From the human T2T-CHM13v2.0 reference genome, Homo sapiens, in assembly GCF_009914755.1 (NCBI RefSeq), contig NC_060942.1: DNA of 64,000 nt, one strand, 5' to 3'. A program made the translations under genes and the position numbers. Numbering within the stretch: the first letter of the stretch is position 1; each line of letters begins with the position of its first letter. Under the pieces are notes generated by a model. The model ran no database searches. It was not told the DNA's origin and worked only from the letters and a program-made list of their open reading frames with translations. Below, one piece after another: positions 1-14,786 of this stretch.

Positions 1-19
1 AAAGCTAACCACGTGTCAA

Positions 20-470
<451 letters not shown>

Positions 471-523
471 CACCATATAGGAGGCTGTGTTCTACACTCT
501 AACCACATCAGAAATTTAGTAGG

Positions 524-2543
524 GATTTTTGCACATTGATTTTGTATCCTGAGACTTTGCTGAAGTTGCTTATCAGCTTAAGGAGTTTTGGGGCTGAGAT
601 GATGGGGATTTCTAAATATACAGTCATGTCATCTGCAAAGAGAGACAATTTGACTTCCTCTCTTCTTATTTGAATACCCTTTATTTCTTTCTCTTGCCTA
701 ATTGCCCCGGCCAGAACTTCCAATACTATGTTGAATAGGAGTGGTGACAGAGGGAGTCCTTGACTTGTGCCGGTTTTGAAATGGAATGCTTCCAGCTTTT
801 GCCCATTCAGTATGATACTGGCTGTGGGTTTGTCATAAATATCTCTTATTATTTTGAGATATGTTCGATCAATACCTAGTTTATTGTTTTTAGCATGAAT
901 AGGTGTTGAATTTTATCGAGGCCTTTTCTGCTTCCATTGAGATAATCACGTGGTTTTTGGCATTGATTCTGTTTATGTGATGGATTATGATTATTGATTT
1001 GCATATGTTGAACCAGCCTTGCATCCCAGGGATGAAGCCAACTTGATCGTGGTGGATAAGCTTTTTGATGTGCTGCTGGATTCAGTTTGCCAGTATTTTT
1101 TATTGAGGATTTTCACGTCGATGTTCATCAGGGATATTGGACTGCAATTTTTTCTGTGTATGTGTCTCTGCCAGGTTTCAGTATCAGGATGATGCTGGCC
1201 TCATACAATGAGTTAGGGAGGAGTCCCTCTTTTTCTATTGTTTGGAATAGTTTCAGAAGGAATGGTACCAGCTCCTCTTGGTACCTCTAATAGAATTCAG
1301 CTGTGGATCTGTCTGGTCTTCGGCTTTTTTTGGTTGGTAGGCTATTAGTTACTACCTCAATTTCAGAACTTGTTATTGGTCTATTCAGGGATTCGACTTC
1401 TCCCTGGTTTAGTCTTGGGATGGTGTATATGTCCAGGAATTTATCCATCTCTTCTAGATTTTCTAGTTTGTGTAGAGGTGTTTATAGTATTCTCTGAATA
1501 CTATAGTAGTTTGCATTTCTGTGGCATCAGTGGTAATATCCCTTTATCGTTTTTTTATTGTGTCTATTTGATTCTTCTCTCTTTTCTTCTTTATTGTCTG
1601 GCTAGCAGCCTATCTGTTTTGTTAATCTTTTCCAGAAAACCAGCTCCTGGATTCATTGATTTTTTAAAGGGTTTTTTGTGTCTTTATCTCCTTCAGTTCT
1701 GCTCTGACCTAAGTTATTTCTTGTCTTCTGCTAGCTTTTGAATTTATTTGCTGTTGCTTCCCTAGTTCTTTTAATTGTGATGTTAGGATGTCGATTTTAG
1801 ATCTTTCCCACTTTCTGATGTGGGCACTTAGTGCTATAAATTTCCCTCTAAACTTTATCTGTGTCCCAAAGGTTCTATTATATTGTGGCTTTGTTCTCAT
1901 TGGTTTCAAATAACTTATTTATTTCTGCCTTAATTTCGTTATTTACGCAGTAGACATTCAGGAGCAGGTTGTTCAGTTTCCATGTAGTTGTGTGGTTTTG
2001 AGTGAGTTTCTTAATCCTGAGTTCTAATTTGATTGCACTGTGGTCTGAGAGACTGTTATGATTTCCACTATTTTGCATTTGCTGAGGAGTGTTTTACTTC
2101 CAATTATGTGGTCAGTTTTAGAATAAGTGCAATGTGGTGCTGAGAAGAATGTATATTCTGTTGATTTGGGGTGGAGAGTTCTGTAGATGTCTATTAGGTC
2201 CGCTTGGTCCAGAGCTGAGTTCAAGTCCTGAATATCCTTGTTAATTTTCTGTCTCATTGATCTGTCTAATATTGACAGTGGGGTGTTAAAGTCTCCCACT
2301 TTTATTGTGTGGGAGTCTAAATCTCTTTGTAGGTCTTTAAGAACTTGCTTTATGAATCTGGGTGCTCTTGTATTGGGTGCATATATATTTAGGATAATTA
2401 GCTCTTCTTGTTGCATTGATCCCTTTATCATTATGTAATGCCTTTCTTTGTCTTTTTTTATCTTTGTTGGTTTAAAGTCTCTTTTATCAGAGACTAGGAT
2501 TGCAACCCCTGCTTTTTGTTTGCTTTCCATTTACTTGGTAAAT

Positions 2544-2545
<2 letters not shown>
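524..2545 (-). mobile_element. L1PA7/8-type LINE-1, inverted 5' segment (decayed ORF2 endonuclease to RT)
   Basis: Minus-strand ORF fragments 2024..2530 (AGVAILVSDK...NIYAPN...GDFNTPLS, APE endonuclease) and 508..723 (LFADDM...[14 protein letters not shown]); left TSD agaaatttagtaggga at 510-525. Confidence 0.95.
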
Positions 2546-4730
<2,185 letters not shown>

Positions 4731-5269
4731 AGAAATTTAGTAGGGAACTGTTCTCAGTACAGCATGCTACCTCTCTCCCCCAAAGAGCTGGAAATGCCGA
4801 CATAGCTGCTAGAGTCAGTATTGGGTAGTTGAGGGGGTAATCGTGTCTTAGGTGAGGTTGAGGTCCTTCCCAAATTATCAAGCTGTGTTAAGCAATACAT
4901 GATTTAGAAAGAACTACTGATGAGAAATAAAACCTTGTCTTTAAAAATCTCCAGTGAAGGCAACATAAGAGCCTTCTTTGCTGATATCTTTGTCCATAAC
5001 CAGTCAAATTAGGAATTTCCTCTTTCTAGCTCATGCTTCGTTACAGCATAAATTCTAGTTCCCTCTCCACTAAACATGGAAAACAGATGGTTTCCTTCCA
5101 ACTTATTAGGCATCATATAAGGTTCACTTTTATTACGTTTCTCTCTTTTCACCCCTCCAGACTATGACTATTTCAGTTCTTGCCTCATCTTTCCTCACAG
5201 GGTCTCTAGTCTAGAGCTGTAAGCATTTTGAGGATGGTCTTAGAGTTCATCTCCAGTATTGCCGGAGGA

Positions 5270-5460
5270 GCTGGGATTAGACACAGAGCAGTGACCTAAG
5301 ACCAGGAGGGCTAGATTCCAGGGCTGCCTCTGACTCTAATCGTGTGACCTTGGACTAGTGACCGAAACTTGTGAACTGGAGTTTCCTTATCTGAAGGAGA
5401 AATGAATGAGACAATTGATTCCTAAATTTCTTTGATTCTTAAACTTCTTATGAATCTTAA
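5270..5460 (+). mobile_element. MIR
   Basis: gtgtgaccttggactagtgac...agtttccttatctgaa core. Confidence 0.6.
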
Positions 5461-5689
5461 TACTTCTACTCCATTAAAAAAAAAAAACTCTTGGCTTACA
5501 GCATACTATTTTACAAAGATTTTTTCTCTTTTCAAGTTCTGAAGGACTATTCATGACTGTTTTGTACTTTTTGGGTACCAGAATCTTGACTGTAATCATC
5601 AAAACAGACTCATCCAGTGTAAAAATCTGTATTTGATCACCGTGTGTGTGTGGTGGGGAGTGCCTCAGGGTCTTTTTAAAAAAAAAATT

Positions 5690-6366
5690 TAGGAGAAATG
5701 GTTAATATAATCACATGATTCAAAAGTCAAATATAAAAAGGTATAGATTGAGAAGCCTGATAACCACTCATCTTTTCTTCTACCCTGTTCTCTATCTCCC
5801 CATCACTTCTTCCCTGTAGGTAACTACTTCTATTTGCTTCTTGAATATTAGTCCAGTGTTTCTTGATGTAAATATGAGCAGATATATTCTGTCTGCACCT
5901 TTCCTTTTCTGCTTGTCTTTGACACCTTTCCACATCCATATTTAAACTGTGTCCTCATTGTTCCTTAACAGCTGCCTAGCATTTCATTACGTATGAGTGT
6001 CATAATTTATTAAACCCATCTTCTATAGATGGGTACTTGGGTTGTTTCCAATCTTTTGTTATTACAAAGTGAATCACTTTGTAAATATGACATTCTGTAT
6101 GTGTGCAGTTACTTCTGTAGGATCAATTCCCAGAAGTAGAATTACCGTGTCAAAGAGTCAGTGAAATTATACTAGATATGCCAAGTTGTCCTGGAAGGTA
6201 TTTTGTCATTCTGACATTTCCACCCTCATCTATGAGAGTGCTTGTTTTCCCATACCCTCCCCAGAGCCGATTGTCAAATCTTTGGGTTTTGCCAATCTAG
6301 TAAGTGAGGAATCTGGTAGGTAACTCTAGTTACTCTGGATTTTATTTTCTCTTATTAAGAATGAGG
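5690..6366 (-). mobile_element. Old L1 (L1ME-type) 3' region
   Basis: gatgggtacttgggttgtttccaatctttt...gtaggatcaattcccagaagtagaatt...ttttgccaatct, typical antisense L1M 3' region. Confidence 0.75.
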
Positions 6367-6464
6367 AAGTCAGGGCCCTTTGAAGACAGCAGAAGGATTT
6401 GTTAAGAATGGATAAGTCCACACCACAGCCAGAATTCTCTTTGTTTTAGTACATGTGCTCAAAC

Positions 6465-6560
6465 CTGGAGGTTCCCAACCTAGCTGCACATTGGATTCAC
6501 CTAGGGAGTGTGTAACAAATATGAGAGCCTCTAGGATACAGGTTCCGCTCAGCGTCTCTC
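6465..6560. mobile_element. MER5-type hAT-Charlie fragment
   Basis: ggttcccaacctagctgcacattggattcacctagggag. Confidence 0.5.
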
Positions 6561-9500
6561 AAACTGAGGCACTCAGATACACATCTGTTTGTTGATTTGT
6601 CTTTTTCTAGCTGTCTTTTCCTTATGCCACCTGGGAGCAGCTTGCATCTTTTCCTTTTCCCTAGCCATGGGGAGATGTTTAAAGTCTTTTTCACTTAGCA
6701 AGCATTGCTTCTTGCTCGGAAATGAAGCTGCACACACAGATTCTCTGTTGTGTGGCACGTAATGACAAGTCCCTCACAGCATCATTAAATACCTGCTTTG
6801 GTGGATTGGCCGTTCAGCCCTTCCTGCCTAGCATGTGCAGGTCCCCATGGCCTATAGTGTAGCAGAATCTGAAGGCTCATGCTCACTCTGTTCCTCTTTT
6901 GCTCTCCTTAAACATTTTCAGCTTTGCTAGTGTGTAACTGCTCTGGGTTTTCAGGGACTAAAGTTATTCCAAATGCCAAAAAATTATATTAATAGCATGT
7001 GTATATTCAAATACATACGTATTTATATATATATTCCTAGCAATAAAATTGTGAAACTTCCCCTTCACCAATGTCAGAAGCATGTTCTGTAACTGAGAAC
7101 CATCACTGAGGAATTCAGCAAAGTGACAAAACCTTGGCTGCATCTCTCATACATCTGTCTAAAACTATGGTGGATAGAAGAGCTAAGATTCTGTTTCTTC
7201 GATGCCAAGAAAACTTTAAGATTTGATCCAAGTGGTACACAGGGTGTAAGTGGTAAAATGTGTTTGCACTTCTTTCCCATACCCCATAGAAAAAGCCATT
7301 CACCTCTTTCTTCTTCAAGCAGGGGAAGTGAATGGGCCTCAGCATGGGGGAGGATCTTGTGGGAGAACAAGACAGAAAGGGGCATGCTATATCTCTCAGA
7401 GTGGGAAAGATCTGCCCTTAGTGTCAACTACCTATCCCAGGGGCTTCCCTTGATTCCCTAAGTCAGCTGCTGAACTGCCTGGAGTATTAATAGATATAAG
7501 TGGGTGGAGAAGCAGAAGCCCCATGACCCCATGACAACAACACCCACTTCCTGCTCCACAGAGTTTACAGTGGTTACATCATAACTGCAGGAACCTGGTT
7601 TCATCCATCTTCAGCCACTCAGATAAAGAATGCTCTTGGAAGGCAAGAAGCAGTGACAATCTGTTCACTTGGTAACATCCTCTGAAGAGATCTGGGTCAG
7701 GTAAGCCAGGAATGGTGAGGTTTATCAAATGAACTTGGGGGGAGTAAATGAGAACCGTATTTGCAAATTACTGATCACTTTCCACTCTCTTTCTATTTCA
7801 TAAATGACTCCAATGTTTTGTTTCTGACCACCTCTACGATGTGGAAGGGTGAAGTGAAGGCCATTAAAATGAGCAAAACTCTCACAGTTACTACCTCCAA
7901 GGGTGCAGATTTCACTCCTGTAAGCATAGTAATGTCCTCATTGCAATGAAGAGAATAGCTCTTTCCCTCTCCTCTTATTCTCACCCAAGAGGAATTGTGC
8001 TCTCTTTCATGGATGATGCTCAGGGAAGTAAAGTAAGTGTGCAGACAGACTCAGAAACCCAGAGCTCAGGGACATGTGCCATGCTGTAATTGGGTGATGC
8101 AGCTGTTGAGGCCACAGAGAACCACCGTACCCAAAATATAGCTCTGGGCCTGGCGTTCTCAGTAGGGCTATTTTCCTTTTGACCAAATACAGCCAGAAAT
8201 GACGACCACAAATTTCAGTTGGCTGTGCTGTGAATTCAGAAGTTTCTTTAAAAAGTTTCTTTAAGGGAGTATGTGGAGTTGTATCTGGGAGTGATATTGA
8301 AAACAAGGGAATTTTTGAAATCAGCATTTTTGAAGCGATGGGATGTGATTTGCTTTTCACCACACAAGGCCTTCAAAAGATGTTCGAAGAAAGACCCAAT
8401 ATATCTCCTTGGCCTGGAGGTAAATTTTTATTCTTTGTGAAGTTTCTGGGGGAAAAAAACACCATAAAAAGCTAGCTGTTTAGCATCACAAATTCAAAAT
8501 GGTTATAGTCACCAGATTTTAAATTTTTTACCTGATTGTTTGGGCACCCACAATGCCCAAGCCAAACATTTGTCTGGTTTTCTTTTGGGGGTAGCTGAAG
8601 AAATTGAGGTTTTTTCCCTTTTTGGCCTCTTCTTGACCTCCCCCTTCCCGGCTTAGTGCTACTTATAAGATGGCAAACCTTTCATTCTGAGTAATTGCTT
8701 AGCAGCGCCAGACACTACTGTTTCCCACAGTGTGTCTCCCCTGTCTCTGTGATTATGAGACAAAAAAGCGGGCGGCAGTGCTCAGGAAAGAGCTGGAAAA
8801 TTAGGATCCCGAGAAGTGGCTGCCCAGCAACCCGAAGGTCTTGGAAGGCGCCAGATCCATTTCCTGCCTGAGCGTTTCCCTTTGCCCAGTCCCCAGAAAG
8901 AAACCCCATCTGTGCAGCTTTCTGCATCTCATTCCAATCCACGAAGGTTCTCATTACATTTTCAACATGAAACCTCAGCATTCAAACCTAATCATTTTAG
9001 GATGAAAATGAAAAGATAGCAAGGCCCCAGTCAACTGGAGCGATCGGGGGGCCCAGAGTTCCTAACGGAGCCATCTGCCTACCCTCTTCCCTCAGCAGTG
9101 AGGAATGGCCCCGAGGCTGGTTTAGACCACACCCTGCCTCTCCTGTCTTCCAGTCCCTGCTCACACCGCCCTCTGTGGGGTCCTGCCTGGAGAGCCCCCT
9201 CTCTTTTGTCAGCAGTCCTGATGGGAAACACAGGGGTTTAGAATCTTCAACAGGAAGCTGGCTGAGTCCTGGTCTCTTGGGATTTTTCCAAGAAAAGAAC
9301 ACAGGGAAGATGGCATTCTAACACGGCTCCAGGGCTCTGGCCGCCAAAGAAGTTTGTTCAGGGCTTACATTAAGAGGAATTTCATAGAACTAGGACACCA
9401 ATAGGTTTTTAAATAAAATGTCTTTCTAGAGAGGGTTGGCCATAATGTGAGGAGACATGCCCTGAGCTTTTTCTGAGAGAAGCCCCCTCTAGACCCAGCC

Positions 9501-10444
9501 CAGTGGAATCCCAGCTGAAGTCCCCTGCAGAGGCAAAGGCCAGCTTTCAGCTCAGCACAGTGTGCTCGGGAGTTGAACAGTGGTCAAGCAGGTGTTACTT
9601 GGTCTAGAATTATCACGACCCTTGCTATTTGCATCATAGTGCACGCTCAACCTCATTTGCTTTTAGTCATTAGAAACCTTATTTCCCAAGGCATCAATTA
9701 GTGGAAAAGAGGGGCAGATTTCAGACATGGGAGCTGCAGGAGGTAACTGATCAGCCTGGTCTGCCTGGCCAGGGTACCAGGAAACTCAAGGGTAACCTTG
9801 CAAAGGCACTGGAGGAACGGGAGAAAGGTGGGTTAAGGGAAGCTTCCCCGCTGCTCCCAGGAGGCTGCCAGGGCCACCGGAAGTGGGAGTGCACCCCAAC
9901 CTCAGAAAAGCAGAGCAGAGAGACCACCCTGCCATGCCAGCCCTGCGAGGGACCTGGCCATGGGGGAGGAACAATTCACTCTCAACAGAGGGTGAGGACA
10001 CGAGAGCCTGTAAGTTGTTTCATGACATTTGCAGACTTGATTTGAACATTGTTTTGAGAATGGAAAGTTTTAAAATCATAGTGAAAAGAAGAATGGCTGT
10101 TCCCAAATCCTCCTTATCAGTGTCTGCTAAGCCACCGTGAGCAGATCTGCTCCTGCCCTCAGATCTGGACGTGGTCATGGTCATGGAGGACTCCTTGATC
10201 TGTTTCATCATTCCCACCAGAATCAGCCTGCGGGCTGTGAAAGGGCCTTCTCCAGGGGCTCCTCCAAGGAGAGCGAGCCCAGAAGGAAGCCCAAGTTGGA
10301 AGCAGCCGTGGGGATAAGCAGGAGCACCATTTATCTATCAGATCCCACCAGCTGTGAGTCTGGCTGAGCCGGGAGACCCTGACAGTCCCCCGCAAGAACA
10401 TGGTGGCCGTGAGGAGTGGGCTGAATGTCTATATTCTCCTCATG

Positions 10445-10688
10445 CTAAGGGTTTTCAAACTGTAGATCACGAACCGTTTGTGGTTCATTGAGCGTGTGGT
10501 GATGAGCATTTACATAAGTGAATAAATAGAACAGAAAATAACCAAGTGGCTTTTCTGTAGTGAGGCTAGTGTTATTTCATAAAAACTTTATTTCAGTTGT
10601 GTGTTTGAATGTACTATGTATCTTAATCCATGACATAAAATGTAGTTCTTACTTTAGGCCAAGATCAGACAGGATTGAAATGGCCCTG
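10445..10688. mobile_element. hAT-Charlie non-autonomous DNA transposon
   Basis: Degenerate TIR-like ends (agggttttcaaact / ttgaaatggccctg) around an AT-rich interior (aaatagaacagaaaata...gacataaaatgtagttcttact). Confidence 0.55.
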
Positions 10689-11032
10689 TATTGCTAATGG
10701 GTTCCCCAGTGAATGTGGCTGAACAACCTTCATCCTGTATGAACCATGAGTGCCAAATTTAGAAAATATCAGACAATGATATGCTAAGCTTGTACAACAA
10801 CCTTTTTGAACAAATGAAGGGAGAAAGATGACAACAGCCAGAACTTTGCTATTAGTGAAAACAGAAGAGTTTAAAAATTCAGAGCAGAGGAGATGTACTG
10901 GTGTCGTCCCACAGCTCCGCCAATGGTGTGGGGGAGCAGGTGTTCTCTCTCTGTTTACTTGAGGCCAGTATCAGTACTATTGTTCTATTGCTGGTCCTCT
11001 TGACAGTCTGCTTCCCAACCTTTCCAACCTCT

Positions 11033-11310
11033 CAATTAATTTAATTCTATTAATTTAATTCAATTAAAGTTGAATAAAATTTTAATTCAGGTGTTTGGTC
11101 ACATAAGACCAGTGGCTACCACAGTGGACAGTGTAGTACAGAACATCACCACCAGTGCAGAGAGTTCCAGTGGACACAGCTGGTCTAGAGGTTTATACAA
11201 GGGGCTCTGTTGTCCCTCCAGAAGGTAGCCTATATCACTTCTGCCACATCCCATTGGCTGGAACCTAGTCCCTTAACCCCAACCTCACTGCTATACAAGT
11301 TGGGGTGTGT
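11033..11310 (-). repeat. Inverted duplicate of 14481-14748 (partial MER3 plus MLT1-type LTR piece)
   Basis: Reverse complement of 11161-11310 aligns ungapped to 14481-14630 at 122/150 by hand; homology continues through MER3. Confidence 0.9.
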
Positions 11311-13229
11311 GGGAGAAGTTGGGAGAAGGCATCTTGAACACATCTCCCCGAATGCCAGAATGTCCAGACTTTCTTCAAACTGTTTCTAGCCCACACCTTT
11401 TGTTTAATGTTAGCATTTCCAACAAAATTCTGGAGTGATTTCAATCTCAGTTCCAGACATCAAGGTATAAAATTCTTTATCCTGGACTCCAATAAACTAA
11501 TCAGCATAGTGTGAAAATAGTTTTGTCTCAGATGGGATTGAACCCTGCATGGGAGAGAGGAGGTGGCCCTTGGCCCCACCTTCAACCCACAATGTGCATC
11601 CTTGGCCAATCATCCCCCTTTGGCATTTCTTTTCCTAAGCCACAAACTGAGGCAATGGTTCTACTCTAGTCCATTCCTAACTCCCTTGCCAGTTGCAACC
11701 CTTCCTGTCTGTAGTCAAGTTAATTCTTTTTGTGTCTAGGAACAGTAGACTCTAGCTACTTCCTCTTTCTCTTGTGTTTTCCACTTGAGTTTGGTTTAAA
11801 ATATTGGCTGACTCCTGTCTCAAGATCAAGATAAGCTCTGATGGCAGGTGGTCATGTACCTCTAGTCGGCAACACCCCAAGGTGGAATGTACTACTTTGG
11901 GGGTTGAATAAATTGTTGGATTGATTTCACTGAGTTGGAATGAGGGAGGTTGTCTGTATTTATAAATTATTTAGTATTGACGAGCCATTTTTCAACCAAC
12001 CACTCCACTGTCTCTAAATTTAATTAATTCCATTCAATGTAGATAAAGCTCAAGGCTCTTGGCTGCAAGATATAAAGAGATAAGAACTGAATCAATGCTG
12101 TAGAATGTCAGGCTAGGGTCAGTGTTTGCCTCTGACATGGTGCTGGGAGAGGTTTGTTGGGTGAGTCGTAGAGTTTTGCTATCTGACATTGATCTCAAAG
12201 GATTCGTGACGACAACCGCAGAATATTTCCAACTTTCCCTTAATAACCTATTAATAATAAGGTCCATTATGCATGAATTGATCTGAATCCACTTAAAATC
12301 TATTTATATTTTCCCCTGACATTCTTAGCATAATCTGCTCCATATGTTTACAACTTAGTGTAGTAAACAATATTTCCTCTATTTGTCACCACGACAATCT
12401 CTTTCGACTTAAGCTTAGGGTTCCAAGATTTTGAGACTGGCCAGGCCCTTCTCTGACATCTTCCTCCTGAAGTCTCCCAGCCCCTTCTTTTCAGGCAGAG
12501 GCATCCACTTGTGTGAGGCCCTCCTGCTGGTGGAAGCTGCTCATTCATGGGACCCTGGGGTCGCTTGCTTCCTTGTCCCTCTCTGGGCTGTTAGACGTTC
12601 TTTTTGATGTTTGGAAGTGGAACTATCTACAATATTCTAGAAACAAGCCATGGTTTTCTTGAGACTCCCTTTTTCAAAAATTATAACATCTTTGTGCTTT
12701 TTGATTCAGATTTCCTTAACACAAGGATTCAGAGTGATATCTGGGTTATCAATAATACTCATATGAATTCTATTCAAACCAAAATAGGCCTCACAGTTCA
12801 CCAGAGAGGGCCCCTCGTCTATCTAAATTCATAAAATAATTCCCTGAGAACCTATTGTAAATCTACTCTAAGAGGGCTCGCTACTTATAATAATCTCCTA
12901 GTTAGAGAACAAATATATATATATACACACACACAAGAAAAAAGTAGTGAGAAAAACAATAAGAAACATCTATGTAGTGACTTAATTGTGGGATAATTAG
13001 AAAACCAGCCTGTAGTCTTATGAAATTCAAATTAATTTGAAACAGGTCAGAGAAGAAAATGTTGTAAGCTTCATGAAGAAGGCAGGGCTATAGCTAGGTC
13101 TTCAAAGATAACAGTCAAATAGAAATCCACAATAAAAGAAGATTATACAAAGAACGTTTATTAGGTGCTACCTAAACATCATTACAATACTTGGAGGTAG
13201 GAAAGATCATTTCCTTTGGTTAAGATGGG

Positions 13230-13735
13230 GACCTGAGACGCGGAGAGGCTGAGGATCTGGCTAAGGCCTGGTCCCACTCCATGTCTTCTGGCCGCTGCAT
13301 TCGGAGCTTGCTCTCAGAGGCCCTGGGCTGAGCACAAAGTTCGGCGTGAACCTTTGCCCGGACCTTCTTTGCACCGTGCTTCCTGAATTTCCCCGATTCT
13401 CCCGGCTTCTGACATCCTGAATTGCGTTCCCAGTTACGGTATTGCTGCCCCTGTGGCCTGGGGCCTGGTCCTGCCCCCATTGTCTGGCCGTTTGCAAAAT
13501 TCTCTGTCCCAGCACAGACTCCACGTGTGGCCACTACATCAGGGCTGCCAGGCCCCGCCCCACCCTGCTGACGGGACCTGACTTTGGTGTCAGGAGGGGA
13601 TCTCACACCTGCTGGATTTTAAACTCTGTGTTTTTCCCTCCCTGCAGATCCCCTCTGAGAGAAAAGTTAGGGTATCTCTGGTGGGAGAGGAATGGCGGGT
13701 GGTCTGTGGCCGTCACTTGGCTTCCGGCACTAACC
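13230..13735. promoter_or_regulatory. CpG-enriched promoter/enhancer-like element
   Basis: About 19 CpG in ~500 bp against a CpG-poor background; GC box ggccccgccc 13551-13560, E-box cacgtg ~13522, ETS cttccgg ~13721, NF-kB-like gaatttcccc ~13386. Confidence 0.5.
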
Positions 13736-13761
13736 TTTAGGGACATGTTTGCTGTTCCTCA

Positions 13762-14181
<420 letters not shown>

Positions 14182-14434
14182 TCAAATAAAATTGGACTTA
14201 ATTTTCTACTATGCAAGCTTAGGGAAAAATTCTATTTCAGCCATTGTTCAGGGCTTTCTCCCTCTCCCTCTCCCCTCCTCTCACTCCATCTTTGGATTGT
14301 ACAAGGAAGGAACTCATTGTATAATTCAGTCAGTCTGTGCTCCTGCGCTCGGCAGTCTGCTCCTCGGTCCGTTTGGAGGTGGGCAGTTTTTGGGTCCCTC
14401 CAAGCTGGCCCAGTGAGATTCCCTCAAGGCCCCC

Positions 14435-14600
14435 TGTGGGGGTGGTTAGAGCCTCACCAATCCCACTCCCTTCTGGGCGGACACACCCCAGCTTACGTAG
14501 TGGTGAGGTTGGGTTTAAGGAACTGGGTTCCAGCCAGTGGGATGTGGCAGAAGTGATGAAGGCCGCCTCCTGGAAGGGCAATGAAGCCCCCTGTGTAAAC
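14435..14600 (+). mobile_element. MLT1-type (ERVL-MaLR) LTR 5' fragment
   Basis: Begins TGTG; contains ggttccagccagtgggatgtggcagaagtgatg. Confidence 0.55.
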
Positions 14601-14608
14601 CTCCAGGC

Positions 14609-14786
14609 CAGCTCTGTCCACCACAACTCTCTGCAATGATGAAAATGTTTTATATCTGTGCTGTCCACTGTGGTAGCCACTGGCCTCATGTGACCAAAGA
14701 CTTGAATTTAAAATTTTATTTAATTTTAATCAATTTAAATTTAATTAGCCACATGTGGCTAGTGGCTACCACGGTGGGCAATACAT
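14609..14786 (+). mobile_element. MER3 (hAT-Charlie) with internal deletion
   Basis: ctgtcca...ctgcaatgatgaaaatgtt...gtagccact...aattttatttaattttaat...agccacatgtggctagtggctacc; degenerate 8-bp TSD ctccaggc / ctctttac. Confidence 0.85.

Noticed and set aside
13220-13606. 128-aa minus-strand ORF (GTG start)
   Set aside because: No recognisable domain; long frames are expected in GC-rich regulatory DNA
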